Positions 19,806 to 31,097 of a DNA stretch of 64,000 nt are shown here, in pieces. The first letter of the stretch is position 1. Each line of letters opens with the position of its first letter. The notes beneath the pieces were generated by a model that saw only the letters and a program-made list of their open reading frames with translations, was not told the DNA's origin and made no database searches. The stretch covers positions 465,260 to 529,259 of the forward strand of contig CAVTIL010000015.1 of the NCBI GenBank assembly GCA_963734695.1. The letters run 5' to 3'. The position numbers and the translations under genes are program-made. Source of the stretch: an uncultured Acidobacteriota bacterium. GTDB taxonomy: Bacteria; Acidobacteriota; Vicinamibacteria; Vicinamibacterales; 2-12-FULL-66-21.

Positions 19806-22710
19806 TCATCTGGAGAGCAGCGCGCGCCAATCGAGGATGAGCCGGGGCGGCACATCGACCGGCAACGGAATCAGAAAGCGCTGACCATCCGCGCTGACCG
19901 CATACGGGTTGTTGTTTCCAAATCGAAGTGGCGTCGCGAAGAGTTTCTGCGGGGCAGCGGCGACGGAACCTGTCTTGGGATCGAAGCCCGCCGCCATCAT
20001 CGTGCCGTCTGGCGCCAGGTAGAACAGTTCCCTGCCATCCCGCCGCCACACAGGGTACATCCCTCCGTCGCGTGAGACCCTCAGAGCCGGTTCACCGGCT
20101 GGAAACGGCCAGACGTACACCTCGAGGGCGCCGTTCGCATCCGATTGATGCACGATCCAACGACCATCCGGAGACAGCTTTGCGTTCATCTCTTTATACT
20201 TCGTGTCTAGAAACAGCCTGGGCTTGCGATCGCCTGACATGTCTATCGTCCACAGGTCCTCACCGAGGTTATAGACAATGGTGTTGGTGAGTGACCAATC
20301 TGGTCCGGTGACGCCGCGGCTCGGCTCACGCGGCACCACTGACTCGGCCGCGCCGCGGCCATTCGAGGCAAGCATGGATAACCCGAACTGGCCTTGCGTG
20401 GGGATCGGCTTTTCGTTGAATGCGAGTCGCTGCCCGTCCGGGGACCAAGTGGGATCGAACTGCCATGCGGGGTAGTCGTCGGTCAGGCGCGTCGCAATTC
20501 CGGTGGACAGTTCGATCGTCCAGAGGTCGAACTCCTGGCGACCATCCTGTTCCGTCATGCGGGAGACTGCCAGGCGGTGCTCGTCCCGGCTCAGACCGAG
20601 GTTTATGTATACACCGACACCGCCGACGGTGCTACGAGGAGAGCCGTTTCGGTCGACCCACGTCAGCTGCGATTGGTCCCGCGCCGAGGCGCGGGTACAC
20701 GAGTCGGCCGGCCGCTGACACGGCGAACATCCCGTGCTGATTGTGAGGTTCGATACCGGTCCGCCGGCCCAGATCGATCGGATCACCGAGGAGCTTCCGG
20801 TTGTCCGGATCGAACCGCTGCGCCATGAGGTTGCCGCCGCGCACGAAGAAGAGATAGCCGGCCCCGTAAGCGGCATTCGACTCGAATGGCCCGATGATTT
20901 CGGCGGTCGCAGGTGTCAGCGATCCGACGCGCAGTTCGAAACTGGTGTCGCCGGCTAGATACAGGAAGTGTTGTCCGTCGTCGAGAAACCAAGGCCACCG
21001 GTCCCCGACGGCGGTGTTCTTCGGGATGGTGACCCGCGTCGCCTTCCCGCCTTTTGCGCTGATGCTATAGAGGGCGTGGTCGTCGAGCGGTCCGAACACG
21101 ATGATGCCACTGCTACTCCAGGTTCCGCCGCCGTTATTCGAGTGTTGGCCGCCGGCCGGACCTGCCGCACTCACTGTGAACGGAGACCCGCCGTCTAGAG
21201 GAACAGTCTTCAGGTTCCTGTCCTGAAGGTAGCCAATCGTCTTGCTATCCGGGCTCCAGAATGGGCCTCGCGCGCCTTTCGTATCGGGGATCTCGCGAGG
21301 CTCGACTGTGCCCAACGATCGAACCCACAGTGACGATCCGATCCTCGACGTTGCGATGAACGCGATGTGGCGGCCATCGGGCGAGACGGCGATTCCCTGA
21401 CTGGCGAAACGCGAGCTGTCTGGCGCGTTGACGGGGACCTCGACAAGTGCCGGCGTGGAGGGCGGTGCGGCTGGGCGATTGCGCAACGCAACCCAACCGG
21501 TAGCCGCGATCGCAGCCGTGAGGAGCCAGGGGAGCCAAGCTCGGGTGCCCTGCGCCCAGGGCATGGGCTCTTTGTCGGTCTCCTGGCCCTCGTGAGTGGC
21601 GCAGTCGTCGAGTTCGATGAGTACATCCGCGATGTCATGCAGCCGCTTGCGCGGATCTTTACGCAAGCATCGCTCGATCAATGTGCGGATCGATGCCGGT
21701 GTTTTTGTTGGTAGCGTCGTCCAGTCTGGCTGGTGCTCCAGAATTCTTGCGAACGTGTCGGAGATCGTCGCGCCGTCGAACGCGCGCCGGCCTGCCAGCA
21801 TCTCGAACAACACACATCCGAACGCCCAGATATCTGTGCGTTTATCGACCGCCTGCCCGCGCGCCTGCTCCGGGCTCATGTAGGCCGGCGTCCCGAGAAT
21901 CCGTCCCTCTTCGGTTCCATCGAGCGAGCCCGGCGGCCGCTGGGTCAGGTCTCCTTCGAGTCCGACTGCCATCGTCTTGGCCAGACCGAAGTCGAGCACT
22001 TTCGCGCGGGTCTCGCTCGACGGGACGCCCGCGGCGTTTGCCGATCTTTGCAGCACGATGTTGCCCGGCTTCAGATCGCGATGGACGATGCCCTTTTCAT
22101 GCGCGGCGTCGAGTGCTTCAGCGACTTGACGCGCAATCGCGAGCGCGTCTGCAATCGGCAGCGGTCCACGTTCGAGCCGTTCCGCCAGGGTTGGACCCTC
22201 GACGAGTTCGAGCACTAACGCGGCCACGCCATCAGTTTCTTCCAGCCCGTAGATCGCGCCGATGTGCGGATGGTTCAGAGTGGCGAGCAGGCGGGCTTCG
22301 CGCGCAAACCGTGCGCGTCGTTCCGGGTCGGAGGTGAAGTGCGTCGGCAGAATCTTGATCGCCACGTCGCGAGCGAGCTTGCTGTCACGTGCGCGATAGA
22401 CCTCGCCCATCCCGCCGGCGCCGAGCGGCGCAACGATTGTGTACGAGCCTATCTGGCGATTCAGGATCTGAGATCGGCCGTCCACACGTGTCAGGACGCC
22501 CGCGACCACGCCGACGGCGGCGGGTGTCTCCAGAAACGGCCCGGCTGCGGACTCGTAGGCGAGCAGCGACTCGACTTCGTGCCGGAGGGCCGCATCGCCA
22601 TCGCATGCCGCTTGCAGGAACCGAGCGCGCTCCGCCGCTGGACGCGCAAGCGCCGCATGATGAAGCTCCGAGATCCGTTTGCGTCGGTCTGGCTCCATGA
22701 CCTCGATCAC
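19806..22710 (-). CDS. Ser/Thr protein kinase with TM segment and C-terminal PD40 beta-propeller (tandem paralog). Apparent frameshift near 20690.
   Basis: The 692-aa N-terminal frame carries the full kinase domain (GAGGMGEVYRARD, HRDLKPGNIVL, DFGLAK, YMSPEQ), a TM segment and the start of the propeller. Its C-terminal tail is out of frame. ORF 19806..20876 continues with QLTWVDRNGSP...LILDWRALLSR, matching the C-terminus of the upstream paralog. Confidence 0.7.
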
Positions 22711-22796
22711 GCAGAGTCTACGCGCGTCGAGAAGAGGAGGCGCAAAAATCAGCCGACAGCTGTCATATTTCGGGGGATTCCCTCATTTCGAGGGGA

Positions 22797-23546
22797 TTAC
22801 TTCGTGATCGGTGCAGCCGCGGCCCCGTAGACCTGTCGGGACTTCACGCCCTGGAGCCAGACAACGGCCTTCAGTCCCACCGGCCCCCAGCCCTTCCCGA
22901 GCGGCAGCTGTTTCTCGACGACAGAGCTCGTCGCGCCCAGGGAATCGAGCCCCTGGAGCGTTCGCGCCACCGCCACATGATGAAGCGTTCTGCCATCGTT
23001 CTCGCCGCGCGTGACGACGGAGGAGAGGCCGTCTTCGGTGATGGCGGCAATCAGCTGAATCTTTTCCGTGTTAGCAGGTGCCGCGGGGAGATCGATCGAC
23101 AGACGGATTCTGTCTGCCACGAGCCGGGCGGTGACGCCGACGGGAAGATGCGGCCTCCCGGCTGCTGATTCAATCAAGCGGCTGGCCTTATCCTTTGCCG
23201 TCCCCTCGATCACGTCGTGGCCGTCCACGACGATCTGTGGCGTATACAAGTTGTCGCCAAAGACCGGCGAATAACTGCGCTGACGTGCTGTGAAGGCGGG
23301 AGACGAGAAGGCGTCCTTCCAACCCTGGTCGTTGAAGTAGTCCACGTGGAGGCCGACCGGGATGATCTGCGCCCGCGCGACTGGCTGGTCGCGCGACAGT
23401 GACTCGAGAAACGCATCAGCCGGAGGGCAGCTCGAGCAGCCTTCGGACGTATACAGCTCGACGAGTACCGGGACGCGCGGCGCCTGTGCCAGGCTGCCGC
23501 GCGCCGCCAGTGCGACGAGAACGGCGACACCAAGAGATGCTTTCAC
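22797..23546 (-). CDS. DUF1223-family thioredoxin-fold protein (secreted)
   Basis: Signal peptide MKASLGVAVLVALAARGSLAQA. Motif LYTSEGCSSCPPAD (CxxC) characteristic of DUF1223. Confidence 0.65.
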   Translation of the reverse strand: MKASLGVAVLVALAARGSLAQAPRVPVLVELYTSEGCSSCPPADAFLESLSRDQPVARAQIIPVGLHVDYFNDQGWKDAFSSPAFTARQRSYSPVFGDNLYTPQIVVDGHDVIEGTAKDKASRLIESAAGRPHLPVGVTARLVADRIRLSIDLPAAPANTEKIQLIAAITEDGLSSVVTRGENDGRTLHHVAVARTLQGLDSLGATSSVVEKQLPLGKGWGPVGLKAVVWLQGVKSRQVYGAAAAPITK

Positions 23547-23599
23547 GTCAGCTCAATGCTACACGGATTCATCCCGTCGCCCGCAATCCAACGTCCTGC

Positions 23600-24983
23600 C
23601 TACTGCGACCCGTCGTTGCTGGCCCAGTCGATAAAGAGTGCCGCGACGGATTTGCCCATGTTCGTGCCCGCCACGATGTCCATCGGGTAATGGATGCCGG
23701 CCCAGATGCGCGAGTCGCCGCTTTCCTTCCCGAGTGCTCGGGCCGCAGCGGCTCGGGTCGGGAAGAGATACGCAAGGATTTCCGACCTCGCGTGGAAAAC
23801 GTCGCGTGGTTCGACGGGTAGCTCGGGTGATTTGGCACCGGGAAGACCGGCAGGATCGTCGGGTCGAGTTGTGACGGTCGAATGTACCAGTAGGAGAACT
23901 TGCTTTCCTGGCTGGCGATGAACGCGTCGAACTGCACCGCCGAGACCAGCGCATACGCGCGCGCCGCCCGCGGCGGATTCTTGTCGAGCCGGTCCTCCGC
24001 CATCCATTTGTCCATGTAGCGGTAGACCCACGTGTTCAGGCCCTCAGGGCTCTGCCAGTAGAACGCCTTGTAGTTGGTCCCGAATGCTGTTTGGCCGCGC
24101 GGGGTGTTCTTGACGCACGAGCGGTTTCGTCCTTCACCGCCTGCGACGTGCAATCGGGCGGCGGTGGAGCATGGAACTGAGCCGCTGACGTCATGAGCAG
24201 AGGCCTGAAGAATTGTCCGGTGAAGTTCGCCGGGTTCGAGCCTTTCCAGCTGCAGGGGCCGGTCGGGACAGTGGCGGTCTGTGTGCTATCGGACCCGTCG
24301 GCCTTCGCCCGCGCGATTACCTGCTCGGCCACTTTCTGCCCGAGCGCGGCACCCGCCGCGACGTCACTCGGAAACTGAACGCCTGCCAGCACGCGAGACC
24401 GCCCGGCCTGATCGGCCATGTCCTGAAAGCCCTGCGCCTCGTTCGGGAAAAAGGACGCCAGCACTGCGGCTGCCGCCTGCGCCGCTGCGGCGTGTTCGGA
24501 TGGATACGACGGGCTGTCCGGCACGTCAACGGCGGTCGGCAGATTGTGATCCAGTTCGCTCGGCCTCGCCCGGTTGTAGAAATACTTCGATTCCCAGGCG
24601 GCTATCGTCGCGTCGTACATCGCCATGCTGACGTAGGTGTAGACGCGGTGCGCGAAGGCCGTCGTCGGCGTTCCCGCGAGCAGCCGGTTCGAGATCAGAT
24701 CCATCCAGCGATAGGCCGGCGAGCCGGCATCCCAGTAGGCGATCTGCGCGTTGATGTCGTCCGTGTTCTGGCCGATCAGGTCGGCCATCGCATGGAGCTC
24801 CGCGCGCGTCTCGTTGGGCGCGGGCGGCGGGGGCACCCTGTAGTCCTTGCCTGACGAAATCGTCCACGTGCGCCACTGGCCGGCGGTCGGCTCGACCGGA
24901 GCGCCCGAGTGCTTCTTCTCCGCGGAAAGCGGGATCGTGAGCATCAGCGTCACGATCGCGAGAACCAGATTGCGCGAACCCAT
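23600..24983 (-). CDS. secreted tandem PAP2-superfamily protein (acid phosphatase / vanadium-haloperoxidase-like). Two apparent frameshifts.
   Basis: Signal peptide MGSRNLVLAIVTLMLTIPLSA. First PAP2 motif set PSYPSEHA...SRVLAGVQFPSDVAAG (ORF 24036..24983). Second set PSYPSNHA (frame 23569..24153) and SRIWAGIHYPMDIVAG (frame 23600..24031). The three frames join only if shifts near 24100 and 23790 are corrected. Confidence 0.5.
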
Positions 24984-25055
24984 ATCTGCCTCCTCGAATG
25001 CGCGTCAGCGCGATACCAACGCGCTCACGCTAGCACTCGAGGACGGCAAGAATCT

Positions 25056-28000
25056 TCAGGGTTTTATGGTCTTTTCCTCAGTTACTTCAGTTTGACCTTC
25101 ACCGGGCCGTTCGCCTGGACGAAGACGCCGTTGGCGTCCGTCAGATCGATGTAGATGTTGTAGCAGCCGACCGTCGAACGGCTTCGTCTGCCAGTTGAAG
25201 TGCCAGGTAAACGACGTCGTGTCGTAGTTGAAATCGCTGTTGCCCGGCGCCTGCTTGTCCAGGAACGGCACGCCGGTTTCGCTACCGTTCGTGCAGCTGG
25301 TGAGCGTTCTGACGCGCACGATCGGAACAAGCGTCCTCGTGTCAACAGGCGTCGCGCCTGACAGGTATTGCCACAGGAGCGGCACGGCGCTGCCCTGGTT
25401 GGCCGTCGCGGGGACGATCAACCCGCCGAACGCGAACGACAGCTGCACCGTCACGGTGAAGCTCTTTGTTGATGCGTTGAGCGCAGCGTCTTTCGCTGTG
25501 CACGTCACCGACGACGTGCCAATCGGGAACGTCGATCCGCTCGCAGGGCTGCAGGCGACGGACACGACGCCGACCGCATCGGTCGCGGGAGGCGTCGGAT
25601 ACGACACCGGAGCGCCCGCCAGGTTTGCGGTCCCTTTCGTCACGTTCGCGGTGGCGCCGATCACCGGAGCCGTCGTGTCCCGGACGAGCACCGAGAAGCT
25701 GGACGAGGCCGTATTGGTCGCGGCATCCGACGCGCGGCACGACACCGTCGTGGTGCCAATCGGGAAGGTCGAGCCGCTCGACGGCGTGCACGAAACGGAC
25801 GTGACGCCGACCGCATCCGTGGCTGACGGCAGCGCGAAGGTGACGGCGGCACCGGCCGCACTCGTCGCTTCGACGACGATGCCTGCCGGAGTCGCGATCG
25901 CGGGCGCGGTCACGTCCTTGACCGTGACCTTGAACGAAGCGGTAGCAGTATTGCCGGCCGCGTCCTTCGCGGTGCAGGTCACAACCGTCAAGCCGACGTT
26001 GAATGACGTGCCGCTCGCCGGCGAGCAGGTCTGCGACACGACGCCGACCGCGTCGGTTGCGGCGACGTTATACGTCACGGTGGCGCTGGTCGCATTGGCG
26101 GCGGCGTTCACCGTAACGTCGGGTGTCGACGCGAACGTGGGCGGCGTGACGTCCTTGACGATGACGTTGAAGATGGTGGTCGCCGTGTTGCCGGCCGCAT
26201 CGGAAGCCGTGCAGGTCACCGTGGTCGAGCCGACGGCGAACACGTGAGCCGCTGGCCGGTGAACAGGACAGGGAGGTCACGCCGATGTTGTCTGCGGCGG
26301 TCGACTGAATAGGTCACGGTCGCGCTCGTCGCATCGGCCGCCGCATTGATCGTCGTGTCGCCTGTCGACCCGAACGTCGGCGGTGTGACGTCCCTGGGCA
26401 CGTCGCTCGTGCAGAACTGCGTGGGGTCCGACGTGTTGCAGGCCGGTGGAGCAACCGCCGGATCGGTCTCGTGTCCCGTGTTCTTCGCCTGCGCCGTCAC
26501 CACGACACCGGCCGCATCCGGGCTGAAGCCTGTCGTCCCGGTGATCCGGAGCGTGATCAGGATCGTCTCACCTGGTTCAACGGGGACGCTGGCCGTCGGG
26601 ACGACGTTCGGCGGAGCCACCGTATTGGCAATGATTTGATTCACCGCCGTCTGCACCGGCCTGCAGTTCTGCGGTCGTGGTCACCTTGTAAATCCGTCGA
26701 ACGATCAACTGTGTGCCGTGCGGCGGCGCGACGCTGAACAACGGGTTGATGTCGACGCCGGACGTGGTGTTGCCGTTCATCTTGACGGCCCACGTCACTT
26801 CTGAAATCGCCGAATTCTCGATGTCGGCGTTTTCAATGTCGGCGTTCTCGATGTCCGCGTTTTCAATGTCCGCGTACGGAAGCGTCGCGCTCTGGAAATC
26901 CGCGTTCTCGATGTCGGCGTTTTCAATGTCCGCAAACGACGGCGTAAAGGTCGGCAAATCCGGGTTTTCGATGTCCGCATTCGTCGTGTACGCGGAGAAT
27001 GTCTTGTTCTCGATGTCCGGATTGTGCAGCTCGACCGTCTTCAAGTTGAAGTTCTGGAAGTCGATGTTCGTGAAGTCAGGATTCTCGATGTCCGCGGAAA
27101 TCGGATTGCCATTCAGCTGCGCGGTTGCCGTCTCTCCGCCCGCGATAGGCGTGCAGCTTGACGGATCCGACTCGCTGACCTGCACCGTGATCGCCGGTGG
27201 TTGAATCGACGACGACGTGACGAAGACGGTCTTGACTGTCTCCCGATCGTCCAGGAATCGTCACGCAGGCATCCACGACCGGCGACGGCGAGCTCGTGTT
27301 GTACGGCGGCAGCGGCAGCTGCGCAAAGGTGGCGCGACCGGTCGTGCCCGACGGCGGCGCATCGGCCGGTTGGTTGCGCGATATGGAGCCTGTAGGTCTT
27401 CTTTTGCGGCGTCGTATTGCGCACCCAGACGACATAGGTCCGCTGAATGCTCCCTGTCGGTTTCGACGCCGACGGCACGGTGACGATCAGTCCGGGCTTG
27501 ATGGATGTGCCGAAAATCTCCTGGTTCCTGGTGTTCGCCAGCGGCGTCGCCGGTGAACACGCAGGATACGTCATCGTCGGATCGCCGACGCCGTCCTGCG
27601 GCGCCGTGAACGTCGGAGGCGTATAGCCGGTGGGCGCGACGAGATCGGCGATGGTGTTGCCGCGCAGCGATCGGTTGTCTCCCCACGCAACGAAGAACGT
27701 CGGCTTGACGTCGACGGGTGTCGTATTCGGCACCCAGGCTCGGGTCGCGGGATCGATCTTCCACTGCTTGCCGGCGACGGCAATGTAGTCGCCGACAAAC
27801 GGCGTCTTCCCCTGTTGGAAGATCCGGGAGTTCGCAAAGTTGTTCTCGAGCTGAGCGACGACTGGCTGCGTGTTGCCGCCCGCGAAGCCCGGCGGCGCGA
27901 GGCCGATCAGATAGCTGGAGACTTTGATCGACTGCGTCAGCGCGAACGGCGATGGCTTCGAGAAGACGAGCTTCGATCCATCCCAGACGCCTTGCGCCGC

Positions 28001-29362
28001 GCGCACGTCGATCGTGTGTCGGTGAACGTTCCCCTGCGCGTCACGGTAGTCGTTGACGAAGGGGAGTCCGTTGATCAGGGGCCCCTGGGACGGCGTCAGA
28101 TCGTCGCGCGTGTCGTACCACGCCACCTGCACGACGCCTTCGGACGCGCCGGCACTCGGAATGACCTGGAATCCGGGAAGCCCCGGGTAGTTGTCGACAA
28201 AGTCCGGGCTCCGCCACGATGTGCCGGTCGTCGTGCTGGAGTACTTGATTCGAGGAACGTTCGTCGATGGTTCTCGCTCCGCCCAGAAGACGTGGAATGC
28301 CCTGCCGTCGCTGACGAGCCACGGCAGCGCGTTGGTGCGGAACGTCACGTTGCTCGTGCCCTGATCGAAGGGGACGACGCTCGAGACGACGGCCAGCGTC
28401 CATTTCTTGCCGCGGTTGTCCGACACCGACGACATCACCGCATCGTGGCGTTGGAGTCCTTGAATCTGCGCCATGTCGCGATGAACCTGTCGCCAATCGA
28501 TGCCAGCGACACACCCTGATTGACGTTGACGGTCTGCGTGATCTTTGTGCCGGGCGTGTCCCACGTGAGACCGCAGTCGGTGGACTTGACCATCCAGATC
28601 GCGGTGTTGCTGCTCTGATCGCTGCCCAGGAAGATCGCATAGGCCACATCGACTTCGAATTTCTGGACTGTACGAATTCGCGGTCGTGCCATCCGGCCGC
28701 TTGAAAGGAATGTCGCACGTGCCCGGCAGCAGGCTGATCATCGATGCCGGCTTGTCGATGAAACGGCCGGCGACCCCGTTTGCAATCTGATGCGCAGGTT
28801 CGTTGGCGGGCTCGAACGGATAGCCGTCCTCCTTGTTCATCTCGACCCAGCGCTGGAAGAAGATGCCGCCGATCGTGTTGTCGCCGCGATTGCCGGCGAT
28901 GAAGACGTATCCCATGCCGCCGGGGAACGCGTTGACGGTCGGATCGGCGCCAAAGGCGAGGTTCAGCGACGGCGTGTCACCCTTGAAACCTGGAATCAGC
29001 CGGCTCACCCACGTGTCCCGGTTGCGAGACATCATGGCTCCCAGCCACGCGTCGCCGAGCACACCATCGGTGCGATCCGCTCCGCGGTAGTCGTTCGCGC
29101 CGCAGAAGACCGCGCCGGTTTCCGGCGAGATCGCGCACGACGGCTCGTTCTGCTGCTTCAGCCCGAATCCGGTAGCTTGCCTCCACAGAAGGGCGCCGTG
29201 GTACACGCCGGTGGTTGAGGCGTCGGGCCAACGAGCGTGAGGTTGCGACCGGGGACGCCCTGAGCGAACAGCAGTGAGTTCGGAGCAACGACCAGGGCAA
29301 CGACGATGATGATGAAGCGGTACAGGGATCGGCAGCGATCGAGCGCAGAGAGCAGCAATCAT
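25056..29362 (-). pseudogene. giant secreted multidomain protein (BNR/Asp-box sialidase-like propeller, ADIEN-type pentapeptide-repeat block, multiple HYR domains). At least 6 apparent frameshifts.
   Basis: AGGAGG-ATG at 29362. The signal peptide (RSLYRFIIIVVALVVAPNSLLFAQG) sits in a neighbouring frame. Asp-box STDCGLTWDTPGT in frame 28435..28692. Pentapeptide block ADIENADIENADIEN (26577..27185). HYR-like repeats TPPTF...VTCTAKDAAGNTA (25056..26243 and 26216..26656). The frames must be spliced repeatedly to give one continuous protein. Confidence 0.5.
26806..26940. repeat. 15-bp tandem repeat (gttttcaatgtcggc / gttctcgatgtccgc) encoding the ADIEN pentapeptide-repeat block
   Basis: Visible periodicity in the nucleotide sequence. 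The reverse strand encodes (A-D-I-E-N)n. Confidence 0.6.
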
Positions 29363-29596
29363 CCTCCTGAAAAATGAAGGTCAAGTCGTAAGAACGACTT
29401 TGCAGCGTTGACCTGAGCGAGAGGCGGGAGGAAAGGATCGAAGGGTTCCCGCAGCCCCATCAATATCAGATTAGCTCGACAGCAACAAGCTCTCCTTTTT
29501 GACCATGGTCGGAAGCAACAGCGGACAAGGGGTTTGGGCGGCAAAGAGCGCTGGACGGATGACTTTTGGCTGGCATCAGGAGGACTTCCGCGGTCT

Positions 29597-30940
29597 TCAC
29601 TGCTCCTGGACGGTCAAGCGGCGCATCATCGCTCGAAGCGTCCCGCCGGGATCCCGCGCGACGCCGCGGCCGACTTCGCCGAGCAGGCGCGCGGCTTGCG
29701 CCGCATTGCCGCCGGTTCGCTTCAGGGCCTCCTCGATCGCGATGCGCTGAAGCGCAGCGACTTCGTCCTTGAGGCTCATCGTACCGCGATCGATCCTCGT
29801 GGCCACGACGGCGCGGTCGATTGTGGCCTCGTCTTCGGGATCAGCCCCTCGCATCAACACGCGCTTCGGCAGATCGGACAGCAACACCTCGTTCCCGGCT
29901 CGCTTGTAGACGAGCGTCTCATACATCACATTGCGAAGCTCGCGGACGTTCCCGGGCCATGGATAGGCCAGCAAGGCCGCCAGCGCATCGGACGCAATCT
30001 CGACGACTGCATCACGCTTCTGCTCCCGCACGAAACGCTGCATGAAGTGCGTGGCAAGGGCCGGCAGATCTTCGAGCCGCTCTCGAAGCGGCAGGAGGTG
30101 AATCGTGACGATGGCGAGGCGCTCGTAGAGATCGGCTCCAAACAGGCCAGCGTGAATCAAGGACCGCAGGTCGCGGTTGGTCGCCGCCAGCAGGCGGAAA
30201 TCGACCTCGTGCCACGCGTTCTCGCCGAGCCGGTTGACGACTCGATCCTCTATCACGCGCAGTAGCTTCGTCTGCGTCTCGAGGGGCGTGTCGTCGATTT
30301 CGTCGAGGAACACCGTCCCGCCTTCGGCCGCCATGATCTGGCCGTCGTAGCGTTGCACCGCGCCCGAAAAGGCGCCGCGGGCGTAGCCGAACAGCTGCGC
30401 CTCCATCAGGTCGTTGGGGATTGCGGCGCAGTTGATCGCCACGAACCCCTTCGGGGCCCGAGGCGACCACGCGTGGAGCAACCGTGCGATCACTTCCTTG
30501 CCCGTACCGGTCTCGCCCGTGATCAAGACCGGCATCGATGTCGGCGCCACGCGGGCCGCCTGCTCGACGACGGCCCGCATCGCAGCACTGCCGGCGACGA
30601 TGTGAGCCGGCGGTTGCGGCGCGTCGTGCGCAATTGCAAGTTCCTGGAGCCGCGCAATCAACTTCGCGGGCGCGTCAGCGGCGGCCAGTGACAGTGCGGC
30701 ATATGCGCCGCGCCTCACCGCCTCGATCGCTCGGGACGCACTGATCGAGGACGTCGAGACCCAGATCCAGCGCGAGATGCCGTGAGGCGCCGACGGGGGC
30801 CGTCCGCTGGACGTGCTGATGACCGCCGACCGGTCGTGGTCCGTGTTATCGCGACGCTCGATGGTGAACCGGGCGTCGGTCAGGGCGCGCGCCACCGCGC
30901 GCGGAGGCGGTGATCCGGTCCACGTGATGATTTGCGGCAT
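29597..30940 (-). CDS. sigma-54-dependent transcriptional activator (bacterial enhancer-binding protein, Fis-family HTH) with atypical N-terminal domain
   Basis: Walker [22 protein letters not shown] variant of the GAFTGA sigma-54 contact loop. Walker B FLDEID. R-finger region. C-terminal HTH ([12 protein letters not shown]). The N-terminal ~130 aa does not look like a standard receiver, GAF or PAS domain. Confidence 0.8.
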   Translation of the reverse strand: MPQIITWTGSPPPRAVARALTDARFTIERRDNTDHDRSAVISTSSGRPPSAPHGISRWIWVSTSSISASRAIEAVRRGAYAALSLAAADAPAKLIARLQELAIAHDAPQPPAHIVAGSAAMRAVVEQAARVAPTSMPVLITGETGTGKEVIARLLHAWSPRAPKGFVAINCAAIPNDLMEAQLFGYARGAFSGAVQRYDGQIMAAEGGTVFLDEIDDTPLETQTKLLRVIEDRVVNRLGENAWHEVDFRLLAATNRDLRSLIHAGLFGADLYERLAIVTIHLLPLRERLEDLPALATHFMQRFVREQKRDAVVEIASDALAALLAYPWPGNVRELRNVMYETLVYKRAGNEVLLSDLPKRVLMRGADPEDEATIDRAVVATRIDRGTMSLKDEVAALQRIAIEEALKRTGGNAAQAARLLGEVGRGVARDPGGTLRAMMRRLTVQEQ

Positions 30941-31027
30941 GACATTATTTTAATGATGTTTTGCCATGAATTTAATCGCACTTTATCGTCTGACACACTG
31001 AAAAGCGCCCATTTCCTGACCTTCCAG

Positions 31028-31045
31028 GCGGTGCACGCCATGCAG
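31028..31045 (+). promoter_or_regulatory. candidate sigma-54 promoter (-24 GG / -12 GC) for the flotillin gene
   Basis: ggcGGtgcacgccatGCag: GG at 31030-31031 and GC at 31042-31043, giving canonical 10-nt spacing with a -12 TGCA. Lies 55 nt upstream of the ATG at 31098, which has a GGAGGAG RBS. The cognate bEBP gene is divergent. Confidence 0.45.
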
Positions 31046-31097
31046 TTCTCTTCATTCGGCCGATTCGAATGTCCGGTCGGCGTGGAGGAGACACATC

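Noticed and set aside
19806-20876. Treating ORF 19806..20876 and ORF 20632..22710 (and likewise the split pieces of the PspA, vWA, GH43, ABC ATPase, BlaR1-HEAT and ADOP genes) as independent genes
   Set aside because: Each pair overlaps by tens of nt, and together they reproduce one contiguous homolog of a neighbouring paralog or known family. They are called as single frameshifted genes instead.
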